NCBI GenBank assembly: GCA_016906335.1
Contig: JADEYG010000009.1
Location: forward strand, 558,001 to 622,000
Direction of reading: 5' to 3'
Origin: Novakomyces olei
Lineage: Eukaryota
Length of the DNA: 64,000 nucleotides
Position numbers and translations under genes: made by a program. Under the pieces are notes generated by a model. It ran no database searches. It worked only from the letters and a program-made list of their open reading frames with translations, and had not been told where the DNA came from. Positions 42,598 to 54,937 of this stretch are shown here, piece by piece. The number at the start of each line of letters is the position of its first letter. The stretch's first letter is position 1.

Positions 42598-42890
42598 TCT
42601 AACGGCGGTTGTGGCAGTCGACTTTTTAGATTTTGTTGTATAATTATTATAATTCAAGCTTCTCCTTTTGATTTATTAGCGCTGGCTTGTTTTATAGACA
42701 GATGCTGATACAAATCGCAAAACTTGTAGTTTATAGGGGCTTCATGGCCCTTCTGTAAAGTTCACTGTAATTACGGGATCACTACTTTTACACATGCCCG
42801 TCTTGCATTTACTTCCTACGTGCTCTATCATTTCAGTATAGTGCACAGCATAAAATTATATTCATGCTAGCGCATGCTAATAGACCACAT

Positions 42891-43460
42891 CTAGTAGAAA
42901 GTGGTGGGCCGCCGGCTGGCAAAGACCTTCTTTCCAGACAATTTGCCGGCAGCACGGTGGGGCAGCGGGAAGCGGAGGTTCTTGTCCAACAGACCACGGA
43001 TATGCGGGCGGCGTACATCCTCCTTCTTCTCCAGCGCTACTACCTTCAGAATGTGGATAGATCGGAAACGAGAACGATGGCGTGCTGCCATGTCGGCGTA
43101 AAGTTGCTCAACAGCGCCAACGCGAGTGGTATCCTTAAACTCCTTGTACATGTTGTGGGTTCCGGAGCGAGAGTCATAGCGCAGCCAGACCCCAAAGACC
43201 TTTGGCTTCAATGGCTTGGATTCCGAGATCTGAGATTGTTAGAGCTGGATCGATGCTGGAAACCGGAAACTTACTTCATTCATAGCCACAATCTCACCAG
43301 TGGCCTTCTTGACCTTTCGCAATTGCTTCAAAAAGTACCAATAGCGCGACTCAGCTACGACCGTGTTTGGCGCAAACAGCCTCATGCGCCAAAGAGCAGG
43401 CACAGGGTTGTCATCTGTCGCATTCTTGCGCCCAATCACTTGATACTCCTTGAGACCCAT
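42891..43460 (-). CDS. RPL20: 60S ribosomal protein eL20 (L18a); one intron
   Basis: [48 protein letters not shown]. Confidence 0.97.
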
Positions 43461-43529
43461 TGTGATTGTTGTTGGTGGTGATGCTCTGTGTGTTGTGTGT
43501 ATACGCTGTATAAACGTCCCTGCTAACTA

Positions 43530-43539
43530 ACCCTACCCT
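43530..43539 (-). promoter_or_regulatory. Homol E box upstream of RPL20
   Basis: Exact ACCCTACCCT (AGGGTAGGGT on the gene strand) about 70 nt upstream of the ATG; known S. pombe ribosomal-protein promoter element. Confidence 0.7.
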
Positions 43540-43986
43540 AAATTCATAATTCTGTATAATCATGATTGTGGGCTATGCTATTTGGTGTGATTGCTTGTGT
43601 GCGGCATATAAATAATTTAGCTTGTATAAAGTGACACTGTATAATATAAAAGAATTGAAATAGTCTTACGGAGCAAAAGATATACAGATGAGAATAGGGG
43701 GATATCATAATACGAAAATACAATAACCGCAGGCTTGTCCCAGTCCCCTGATAAATCGCGAATCAAGGCACTCTAAAGCGGGGCGCATTTGAATCATAAC
43801 AAGGCAATAGTGTTTTAAGAACATGTATACGCCAAGAGATCCAAAAAGCCAAACCTTTTCTGTAGACAGCCGTCACTCTGAGCATTTTCGGATTTCCCTA
43901 ATATTGATTCTAAAATTTCAAAGAGCCCCTGTTCTCCTCGCTAGAACTATACTACAAACAGGCTATAACAATATTCTTGACCTGTA

Positions 43987-44904
43987 TCAGGTATACAGAG
44001 CACGAAATGGCTCTTTACCAAACTGATTTTCCAATCCACAAGAGCATACCAGATCATAGATAAAATCCTTTACCCGCTCTATCGTATCCCCAGCGATTTT
44101 GACTACAACTGTCTCATTGTGGCGTGTAGCCGTCCATAGTAAAGGCAATTTTGGACTGTTATTACGCACTCGCGGCTCAGCCGTAAACTGCTTCATTACT
44201 GAATCCATAGCCGCCTTATTGCGGTCCCCCACAATGAAAAATGTGGCATAGCACATACAGGTCCCCATTGTCTCTGCAACATTATACTCTCCATTTTCGA
44301 GTCGCAATACGTCCCTCAATACCAATTTTCCTGCAATTGAGACTTCATTGTGAGAAATAAAAGTGGAAAAGGCCCAGCATTCTCCGAGGGTAGCCCGTCC
44401 TTCCGTGACCCAGTCAAGCAGTAACAAGCTGCTGCTCGAGTCCGCCAGTATAAACTCCTGTCTCTGTTTGTACCGTGCATCCTTGAACGGCTGTACCGGG
44501 TCGGGTATAAGGAATAAACAAGCATCTGCTTCCACTCTGCACTCGAGGGTTTGTAATGTGTCCTCAGCGCGCACTGTAGAATTTACCATTACAACTTGAG
44601 AGCTCTCTATTTCAGTTTTCATAGCATTTTTTTGGACTAATGGCTGCCGTGCACAAAACACTTTGGTGGTGCCTTGAGTCAAAAGCGCGAGCTGGCAGCC
44701 TTTTTTCACCAGCACGTCGACGTTAACCGTGTCGCCGCCCACAAGACCTCCTCCGTACGAAAGAATATAAACTACAACCACTGGTGCCACACGACGGGGC
44801 GAAATTAATTTTAACGGGTACGAAAAGGAAAGAGACTCAAGCCTTTGACGTCCTGCGTCCAAAATGCCCAGAACAATCCGACCTTTCCCCGCTGCGCTTT
44901 CCAT
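43987..44904 (-). CDS. ureD: Urease accessory protein UreD
   Basis: FSYPLKLISP, YILSYGGGLVGGD, LLTQGTTKVF, PDPVQPF, LLDWVTEGR. Confidence 0.92.
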   Translation of the reverse strand: MESAAGKGRIVLGILDAGRQRLESLSFSYPLKLISPRRVAPVVVVYILSYGGGLVGGDTVNVDVLVKKGCQLALLTQGTTKVFCARQPLVQKNAMKTEIESSQVVMVNSTVRAEDTLQTLECRVEADACLFLIPDPVQPFKDARYKQRQEFILADSSSSLLLLDWVTEGRATLGECWAFSTFISHNEVSIAGKLVLRDVLRLENGEYNVAETMGTCMCYATFFIVGDRNKAAMDSVMKQFTAEPRVRNNSPKLPLLWTATRHNETVVVKIAGDTIERVKDFIYDLVCSCGLENQFGKEPFRALYT

Positions 44905-45451
44905 AGCGTACACAAAACATGCGACAAAAGTTTAAGCGTTTGAATTCAGGTAATATAACCCTAAACGTCTTGAATTGCACTTCTATTTCCCTTCAATTGG
45001 ATAAAAGAATTAGCATTGTGCAAGCTTGACCGGGCCGAATGCCTCTACACGCTCGCACTGGCATTGGATGCCGTACTGTTCCAGGACATTTAAATTGGCA
45101 CACTTTATAATATTATTTTATTTAAAATAAGTTTATTATGAACAGCAGTTTGTCAAATGGTATTGGTACCGCGACATTCGTACATTAGACATTTACAGTA
45201 TAATTCATGCCTATTTTATTTATTTTATATACAGTATAATTAATGCTCGTTTTTATTTATTGCGAGTGACAACTCTCCATATATAATACGACAGTAGCAT
45301 TACTTGTTTGAGCGAAAAAAGCTGCAAACGGCATCGCAATAACAAATACACGAGAAGTGGGCGGGACCCGTTAGCCGCAGAGCTCGATAAAGTTGCGTCA
45401 ATAGCCAGCACTCGGGGCAGGCAGCGCGCTTTGCCTTCAGTGGCCACGCAT

Positions 45452-48400
45452 ATGAGCAATGTATGAGGATTTTTTCCTATTTTTTTGGTCAAAGTTTTAG
45501 TGACTTTATACTGATCCCCCAGGCGCCTCTCGTGACGGCGCAGAGTGATGAACCGAGTTCGTATGTTTCGTATTTCTACATTTTCTAACTGCCCAAAGCA
45601 GCGAACGCGTAATCAAGCTTCGAGAGCTAAAAGAAATTGCCTTTTGGCGTGGAGAACTGCTTAAACGGCTGTGGGTAATTACACGATACCACGGTACACT
45701 TCCGGAATACGTGAAGGAGCAAAGCGTTGCAGAGACTGCTGAATTAGCAGAGTTTTTAAAGCAAAATGAATTGCGAATGTATGAGAATTTTTTGCAATTT
45801 TTTACAGTTTTTTACAGTTTTTATTTCTATTCTGAAAGCGCTATTCTTGAGCCTAGTTCAAATGTTGTTTGCTAGCCTCTTATTCTTGTGCATATTTCCT
45901 GTTGTTTGTTTTGCTTTGCCGCTTCCTTTCTGACTCTGGCGTTTGCATAGTGGACACACTTTTGATGAGGCAACACTGCCCTCTTTGAAGCCGCTTTATG
46001 ACGGTAAACTGTCGGAGACAGCTTTGGAGGATAAGAGCCATGAACGCATTCCGGCTACCAAACCCGAACCTGTTCAGCAAAAGGCGCTTGAAAATGTCTC
46101 TGAAGACTCATCTGGTAAGCTCTCTGAAACCTCCTCGGCGCAGGAAGGCCAACTCGAACCCGCCGACAAACTCTTGGCGGGGCGCACTAGTGAGTCCTCT
46201 CCAGCAGTAACCTCTACAGTTGGCCCTGGTACAGCAGCAGCCGGCACACTTGTAGACCCCTCAACAGCCGGCCAATCTGCTGCTCTTGCTGATCGAGCAA
46301 AGCTCGAGTCCTCTGCGGCAGCGAGTGAAACAGAAGCGAGTGCAAAACCGTCTGTTCCTTCGAGCAGTGGGACAGTAATAAATGAGCCCGAGAAGATGAT
46401 TACCCGTCGCTCCAGTGGAGCCGTTCGACCCAAGAGTGTTCTCGAAGTTCTCGGGACGCCTGTGCATGCACATAGTCGCAAAATCAGTATATCCAAGGCA
46501 CAGCAGAGCGCTGGCAGTCTCTTGTCAAGGAGCGTGTCTTCTCATGGCGGGGTCTCATCGGCAGCTAGTGCCTCGCCTAAATTTGCTGCAAATGTAGCAG
46601 TGCGCACAATGTCTCCCTCACCGAGGCAAGTCAAGGTGGAGCAGGTTACTGCAAAAGCAGCGAATGTCTCTGCCGGCGATGGTGATGAATGCTACTCCTA
46701 TATTCTCAGCACTAAAGCTGTCCCACTCTCGCGCAACCTGCAGTCTGCGCACAAGGCGCTCTGTACGAACGACTGGTACTTGGCTTACAGGGAGCAAAAA
46801 CAGATACTAGTGTTGGACAGAATAAACGATCTCAAGCGACGAAACTTGTGGAGTCTGCGCCAGCCTAAACGCCATGTTGGCCCTATCCTGCACAAGGCAC
46901 ATCGGGACTATATGGTTGACGAGGCACTTTGGATGAATATTGATTTCCGGGAAGAGCGTAAATGGAAAGTAGCCGCAGCAAAGTTGCTGGCAGACGCCTG
47001 TGCCCTGTGGCATACGACCGAGGACAAGGCGAGTATCTGCGTTAAGGCGTTTGTTCCACAGTCCATTGAACGGGAGACAGGCGACCAGGAAATGGCGGAT
47101 GTGAGGCAGGAGCAAGATGGCCATGAACGAGTTGGAAAGGACAATGTGCAGAATGAAAATGAAAAAGAAGGGGAAAAACATGAAAAGGACCGGACCGATG
47201 GAGAAAACTGCCGTGCGCAATCACCTACAATGCTGGTCGCACAGGGCCTCGAAGCTGGTGACAGCCATACGCCTATAACCCCACCAAAGATCGATTCTGA
47301 AATGGAACAAGTGGCAGGAATGGATTCCGCTCCTCAAATATTCTCTCCGCCACTGACAAATGTGCATGACGAGAGCAATAGCAGCAGCAGTATGCACGTC
47401 TTTTCTGCTTCGCCTGACGATCTTGTTGCGTACACCAGCGCACAGGGCCTTTTAACTTCAGATCTGCCATTGTACGGCCCTCCGACTCCCGACGAAACTG
47501 AAGTCAAAGACGAGACTGATTACCCCGTTTGCCCTCTGTCCCGTTTTCTGCTTTACGATACGCGTATAGTTCATCATGTTCCGCACAATAAACGGAGGCG
47601 GATTGATCCTGATTACAGCGGCAATGATCGTATGGATGTGCAGAGTGAAAATGACGGAGAATCGGTGGTTGTGGATTCCGTAGACGCGCCCCGTCTTGAT
47701 GATTTTTCGGGCGGTGGACGGCTCAATCTCCTCTCCCAGTCTCAGTCTCAATCTCAATCCCAATCTCAATCACAATTCCAATCTCAAGCTCAGCATGTGA
47801 CGAGGAAACGACCGTCCCATCCTACTGTGCTTCGACCCCCACAGCCTTCACGGTCCGTCTCCGGGTCTGCTCGTGTTCCGCTGTGGTCGGGTGAGGACGA
47901 CGAGGCTCTTCTAGCTTTGCTGAAAGAATACCAGTACAATTGGGACTTTGTAGCGCAAGAACTGACCCCGGACTCGGCGGTAGCGATTGCACCAGAGGAA
48001 CGGAGAACGGCTTGGGACGTGTTTGAGCGGTGGTTAAGGGTGGATCCCCTTTCGTTTTCCGTTACTTTTAGTGGGCCTTTTGCCCGTATGGCTCAGCAAA
48101 AGTTGGAGGAGATTAATAGGACACGGTCCGTTTCGTCTTCAAGCACTCCGTACAAGATGAAGCGTGAAAAGGCACCAGACCGGACAAGCCTCAGCAGCAA
48201 TAACAATAACAATAACAATAACAATAACAGCAATGCAAATGAAATGGTCCATAACGTTGGGGCCAAACGGCAAAGGCAGTTTGCAATGTTTGATGCTTTC
48301 CGTAAAGCAGCGCGGAAACGCGAAGCGGCAATGAAACCGAACGCTGCACAGAAAAGGCACTCTCAGCCCGTCTCTGATGGGAGAAATGTGCCCCCACACG

Positions 48401-49347
48401 TTCCTACTCCGTCCGATTTGTCCCGAATGAAGTTTGAAAGGGAGCAGGCAATTGCTGCCGCAGCTAATCAGCAGAGACAGGCAGCTCTGGCACTTCATTC
48501 ATCCCGACCTGTACCGCAAAGGCCGTCTGTAGCAGGTGCCGCTGGACAGCCCGGTGGGATGGCGGGTCTGCACTCTGCGGGGCAGCCGGGTCTGACTGCC
48601 GCCCAGGCTGCGCATATAGCGCAGATGCAACGGAATCGGCAAATAGCCGGGCAACGGCCCATCATCAGGACCCCCACCGTAGGAGTGGGGGCACAAGTGG
48701 GGGCCGGTGGGGCCCAAACTGGAGTGGGGGTACAAGTGGGGGCACAAGTGGGGGCACAGGTGGGGGCACAGGTGGGGGCACAAGTGGGGGCCGCGGGTGG
48801 GGTAAGGCCAAGAATGAGTGAGCAACAGCTGCAATACTTGATCGCCCGACAACAACAACAACAACAACAGCTACAACAGCAACAGCAACAATCAAGTCCG
48901 CCGGTACAGGTGAACGGGATGAGTCCATTAATTGGCAGGGGTTCGCCTATAATGCACTCAAATCAGTCTTCTCCAGCACCCGTAATGGCATCGCCGAGAC
49001 CTGGTGTAGCCGTGCCGATATCGAGTCATTATAGGCCGACAACTTCGCCGGGGCAAAGGGTAATGAGCCAGCATGCAGCTCAGCAGCAGTCTGGTTTACA
49101 GGCCGTTTCGCAGATGGTACAAAGTGGGCCGCACGATTCGAATCCTGGTGGAGATAAATCAGACAAGGCCGATTTGGCTTCTGCCTTGAAGCCGCCAACG
49201 GCTCAGCAGCTGGCACGTGTTATTTCGAGTGCGGGTCCAGTGGGAGCAGAGGAGTTGAGTGTGCATATTCGCAAATCGTTTCCCCAGATATCGGTCTCTG
49301 CCGCGAATAGTATAGCAGAGAATATGGTAAACCGTAGACGCCGTTAG
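45452..49347 (+). CDS. EAF1: NuA4 scaffold Eaf1/Vid21 (HSA and SANT/Myb domains); short 5' exons
   Basis: LWSLRQPKR...HRDYMVDEALWMNIDFREERKWK (HSA), WSGEDDEALL...YNWDFV (SANT), FDAFRKAARKRE, PTPSDLSRMK; start approximate. Confidence 0.92.
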
Positions 49348-49964
49348 CGTTGTGTTTATATATTATTACATATATCGAAATGCGTTTATGCCGATGGTCA
49401 CGTTTGCTGTATATAGTGCTTTGTATGGCAATTAATTTGAGCAATGAATCGTCTTTGTATGGAGAGCAATGGTTATAGCTAGAGCAGCTTTTAGTACTTT
49501 GCCATTCGCAAAATAGCTCGCGACGCGCAAAATAGCTCACGAGGCGCAAAAAATAGAAAAATCAATTGACCCCGACCACTTACTTGTTCACTGGCTACCG
49601 ATACAATGAGACGGGTGTACAGCTTGCTAAATATAAATGCCCAGCTTGTGGCATAATAGCAATTTAAATTATAAATTTATTGAAGCACTGCGCAGCGGCA
49701 GGTGACAGACTATACGGCTAGTGAGAATGTGGGGCAGAAGGCTGAACAAACAAAATATGTATTTGTTTATTTTAACGAAATAATCGAAAAACTAATCGGT
49801 AATGTCAGCTAAACTCGAATGCCATTGGAGCTGGCTGACTGCCTTGAAGCTAGGAGTCTAACAATACGAAGAGCAGATGCAAAAGGATCCAAAAATAAGA
49901 AAAGTAGTATGATCTCATCCAGACTTGTCTTGATCTTGCCAAGTCATGAATATAATTTTTACAT

Positions 49965-51149
49965 TTAAGCCTGCTCGTTGGACGCCTCAGCTGAGCGTTT
50001 AGAGATGGGAAGTCCGTACATTGGGATCCAGCGGGCTTCTGCGTCAGCATCGGCCTCAGCATCGGCTGAACGTTTCTTCAAGTTTCCTTCAGAGCGCTTA
50101 GAGATGGGGAGTCCGTACATCGGGATCCATCGGGCTTCTGCGTCAGCATCGGCCTCAGCATCGGCTGAACGTTTCTTCAAGTTTCCTTCAGAGCGCTTAG
50201 AGATGGGGAGTCCGTACATCGGGATCCATCGGGCTTCGGCATCGGCCTCAGCATCGGCCGAGCGTTTTTGCAAACTGCCCTCAGAGCGTTTAGAGATTGG
50301 AAGTCCATACATCGGGATCCATCGGGCTTCGGCATCGGCCTCAGCATCGGCCGAGCGTTTTTGCAAACTGCCCTCAGAGCGTTTAGAGATTGGAAGTCCA
50401 TACATTGGGATCCAACGGGCTTCAGCATCGGCTTCGGCATCGGCCGAGCGTTTTTGCAAACTGCCCTCAGAGCGTTTAGAGATTGGAAGTCCATACATTG
50501 GGATCCAACGGGCTTCAGCATCGGCTTCGGCATCAGCCGAGCGTTTAGAGATTGGAAGCCCATACATCGGGATCCAACGGGCTTCTGCGTCAGCGTCGGC
50601 GTCAGCATCGGCTGAACGTTTTTGCAAATTGCCCTCAGAACGTTTAGAGATTGGAAGTCCATACATTGGGATCCAACGGGCTTCAGCATCGGCATCTGCT
50701 GAACGTTTAGAGATTGGAAGTCCATACATTGGGATCCAACGAGCCTCTGCGTCAGCTTCACGTTTTGAAAGAGCTCCATTGGACAAATCCTCATCGTCTT
50801 CTGGCCAGTAAATGGCAAACTGGTCGTCGTCATTGACTTCAAAGTACGATGTGCCATTTTCAGTTTTGGTGTTCTATTTGTTAGTCCAATAATGACTGAA
50901 CGCTTGGAAAAAAAGCCAAAGCACGAGCCAGATAGGCACACAGACCAAATGTACTGGAACAGATAGGAATAAAACAAATATATAAACGTAAAACAAATAT
51001 ATAAATGTAAAACAATACGTCATTTGTCATTGCCAAAAAAATCAATTCCTTACCACGCCAGAAGTGCCATTGATTGGGGCCGCCAATGACGAGCTCACAG
51101 AGAGCAGGCCAGTCAGGATAGAGAGTGCAACAGGCAGAGAGAGCTTCAT
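49965..51149 (-). CDS. Secreted Kex2-processed repeat precursor, probable alpha-/P-factor-class mating pheromone; exons 51054-51149 and 49965-50873 (334 aa)
   Basis: Signal peptide MKLSLPVALSILTGLLSVSSSLA-AP, pro-region with NGT sites, nine RWIPMYGLPIS copies flanked by KR and preceded by X-Ala dipeptides; intron GTAAGG...CTAAC...TAG keeps the frame. Confidence 0.88.
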
Positions 51150-52893
51150 AGTGCCGAGTGTTGGTGAAGAGAAGGTATAGCGACCGTTAATCCACAAGGG
51201 GACTGCTGAGAGATTGAGGTTAAGAGGTAAAACGAATGTTTAGAACGGATGGATGGGCATTAGAGGCGGCGAGAGTGGAATACTTATAGCAAAATGTCCT
51301 TCAAGGCCGCCCTTGTAAGCCCAAATTGCCCTTGAACTACCTTGAATACAAGAGCAATTGCCCTCTGGCAAGGCCCATATGTATCCCAAAACGGTAATTT
51401 TTGATTTTTTGCTTCATTTATCGTTAATTTTGCTCCAAACTGTAGTTGAAAATGGTAGATACCGAATATTCCCGCTTGTCTATCACCGTTTTATTCACCT
51501 TTTACTCATTTTTTATTCGGCTTTTATTATTCACAGACCTCGAATACTGTCGCTTGCTCAATTGCTCAGCGAATTAGAAGCTTTCACGTAAAGCCGAGGC
51601 CGCCTATCCCTTCATCCCATCCCACGAAGGGTTGGCGTTACAGCCCGAATTGTGCCTTCACACCTTGCTGAAGCCTATAGTCAACGTAATTGCTTGTTTA
51701 TATTGCCTTGCGATAAGAAGTACAAGGCTACCTTGGGTCCTCCGTGCCCATACTCCCTTCGGGTCCTCCTTGAGACACTTTAAAGAGTCCCAACTACCGT
51801 TTCCAGTCGTCCGCTCCGCCCGCAACCAGTCACAGCACCGCGTCGTATAATGCATTGGTTCTCTTTTGGTGTTGGCCCCTTTATTTCGCAGGATTCTGGT
51901 ACGTTAAAGCCCTCAATCATCAAGAAACACACATTTCTTTGCCATTCACACCCAGGCTGCACGATCGCTCTACCTTTGCCCACAATACAATTTCTGTATT
52001 TATGTAAATACAGTATATTGGGAACCCGTACTTGAGCCAACCGTCCAATCTCCTCTCGCCAGTCTCAGCTGATGGCTGAAACGTTTGTCTATCCATACTC
52101 AAGGCCAGTTCTCTGCTTGTACAAGACTCTCTGCGAGCCCGTCAGCTCATTGCCGATTTTGAGGCTGCCGATTCTGAGGCTAATTGGGGGTAAACGCCTT
52201 AATCTCATCAAAGGACTCTATAGCTGAGCAAAGAGCCGTCAGAATCATTGACGAGTATATGGCACACTGTTCCTCTACAAATGCTGCCACGAGCCTTTTA
52301 CTGCGGTCGGCTCTCGTACATTCGTCTCCCGGCAATTCCTCTAATCGCTAATACAACGCGCACATGATACGCGTAAGGCCGTCGCCAATTATCGCCTGAT
52401 CGCGCTACGTCTGGCGCGTTGGTCACGCGGTATTTCGCACTAATTTGGCGTTGATAGATAAAAACGGTTTACTATACAAATGTTTTACTATCAATGTTTT
52501 ACTATATTATATATCTAGTTTTTTTTTCATTTTTTAGCGATATTCGAGTCGGGATTTTCTATTGTCTGCTCGTTTTATTTGTCAAAAAGAATTGAACTGT
52601 TAATAATGCTTACAGTACACAAACGTATATTGCGTATTACTTGTGAAGCGAAGCAAATGTAACAGAAACGCGACTTGGGCTATTACTTGGTGGAAATTTG
52701 CAGAACGAAACTGTACCTCTGTACATTAAATTGGCCAATCACACGCATCCACAAAGCTGATTGTGCCCAATATGGGTTAATCGTAACGAAAACCGATCCT
52801 ATCGTTCCAAAATAGGCTAATCGTTATGAAAGCAGGGAAAACACAGAAATATGAACACGAAAACACGCCCGGCGCGACTTTTTCATATGCTTT

Positions 52894-53086
52894 CACCCGT
52901 TTTCGTGATTAAAATTGAGGGAATTAGAACGTTTCTGTGATCATAGTCCCGTTTTCGGAACAATCCACCCGTTTTCGTGATCAAGGTTGAGGGAATTGGA
53001 ACTTTTCTGTGATCATAGTCCCATTTTTTTGAGCCCTTTTCACGTTTTCGTACCCACAACTGAGGACATTAGAACGTTTCTGTGAT
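52894..53086. repeat. Approx. 72-bp degenerate tandem repeat, 2.5-3 copies
   Basis: CACCCGTTTTCGTGAT...TGAGGGAATT(A/G)GAAC(G/T)TTTCTGTGATCATAGTCCC at 52894, 52966 and about 53040. Confidence 0.85.
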
Positions 53087-54857
53087 TGCTAATTTGCCAA
53101 TGGCCTCATGTCCAGGGTATAAAGCCAGGTGGTTTCGCTCCCCTAGTTCCCCATCCTTCGGGATCCCGAGGTCCGGACGCTATTTCCCGCACTTGTTTGT
53201 TACCTGGTAAATCACCTTTTAGCCGGGGTACGGACTCTGTCCGCTCAAACTTGTGGTTTCAGGGCTTGTTTTCCGCTCGGTAATGGGTGTTTGATACCGG
53301 CGTGGCCTTTCCTCCCTTTTTTTGGAGTCTTTCCAGGTTTTTCGGTGATTTTTTGGCCCTGCATTGACTTTGGAGACGGCACGTTCGGGGCCCCTCTATG
53401 TCTCAGGTCCGGACAAGGACTACCGCTATCGCCCACTGTGGCTTTAGGACTGGGCAGATTTCCGCTAGGCATAGAGGGGTGGCTTTGGGCTAGTTGATTT
53501 GGCATTTGGCAGTTGTATTGCGTTGGAACACGGTTTTCCATGCATTGGCCTAATTTCCATTCCGCTTGTACGGCAAGATCGGGCTTCATCAGCTTCTGTG
53601 CTGTATAGCCAGCTGGGGGGTGCTCTCAAGCATTGATCTTGTTTGTATTAAGTTGGAGCACTATGGATTTGAAAGTTGATCTTGGAGGGACACCGCTGGC
53701 CTAGTGCTCACAGCAGGACCTTACCGCTGGTGGCCCACTCTTATTGTTCTGATTGCTATTTGCACCGTTGTGTGTATTCATTCAATAACAGAGTCACAAC
53801 GTCCACCGGCGCATATGACACGTCAGAGCCTTAGAGATCCCTCTGACCGACACCTCTTATACTGACACGCGGTGAATCTAATTCATCAGTGTCACATGAG
53901 ATGTGCCGGTGAGTGTTGAGATCTTTTTTATGTATATTTCCATAGTTTTGTAGCATACTAGTTAACTGCTTTGAACATTCAAAATCATCCACGTGAGCCC
54001 AATCGGTTGCTTCCAAAATAATTGATTTAATTATCTATTTGTTTTCAAAGCATTCTGAGCTCTAATGAAGTACTTTATGTTTCGCAGTAAAATCGCTCCA
54101 ACTGGCAGAGCCACTGAATGTGGTAAAGCAGCAGGACTTCCAAAAAGCGCATTTTAGGATAACTAGTAACCATATCAAATGATACAGCTTGCTATGGCAA
54201 AGCTGATAATGAATACAGATACATATCTGGTGAAACATGAGTCTGTTATCTCCTCGATATTTCGCTAATAAATTACGATCTTTTTTGCCCACGCTAATCT
54301 AGCCTAAAGTTGATGTACCTCAGTCTAGTTTAATAAACTTATTGTCTAAATCGAGCTGCTAGATCTGCAAGAGAATCAGCATTAATTTTAGTACGTTTGC
54401 TCACTGAATACTGTGTCAATGGGCTTTAGACCACCCATAGAAGGCGACTCTAGAGAGACAAGAACTTTATAAAAAGATCATAATTAATTTTTATTTATAT
54501 CGGGCCAGTCTGTTATCATTTACTAATTTCTACAATATCAGCCTCTATCTAATATTACTTGAGTGCAATATGTCTTTCTGCATAGCGGATAAATGAATAA
54601 ATAATACTCGAACTTGTTGGGTATATTCTTCAAGTATTGCACACAGTACAAGAAATCTCTACAGGCAGAATTCTTTTATCGTTTTCTCATGTGTATTCCT
54701 CACAAGTATCGCCACTACAGAATTACATCAAGTTACACACAAGTCTATTTATCTGCATACAAATACGCAACCATACAAAAATTAAAAAAATTAAAAAGTA
54801 AAAAAATTAAATAATAAAAAAATAAAAAATAAAAACTTTGCATTAGAAACTTTGCGA

Positions 54858-54891
54858 CTGAGGTGAGCTTTATCGGAGCCGTGAGCCTCAG
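54858..54891 (+). promoter_or_regulatory. Canonical kink-turn RNA element in the putative SNU13 5' leader
   Basis: CUGAGG-UGA-GCUU-loop-GAGC-CGU-GAG-CCUCAG gives a C helix, 3-nt bulge CGU, tandem G.A/A.G pairs and a 6-bp NC helix. Confidence 0.75.
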
Positions 54892-54937
54892 GACTGATTA
54901 CGGAATTAACTCATTTCAAAACTTGGCTTGAACGAAA

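Noticed and set aside
49978-50977. Repetitive antisense and alternative-frame ORFs; CRISPR-like appearance of the repeats
   Set aside because: Shadows of the peptide-precursor repeats; there are no unique spacers, and variation is synonymous only in the precursor frame.
52293-52301. GCCTTTTAC matching U5 snRNA loop 1
   Set aside because: No closing stem and no downstream Sm site.
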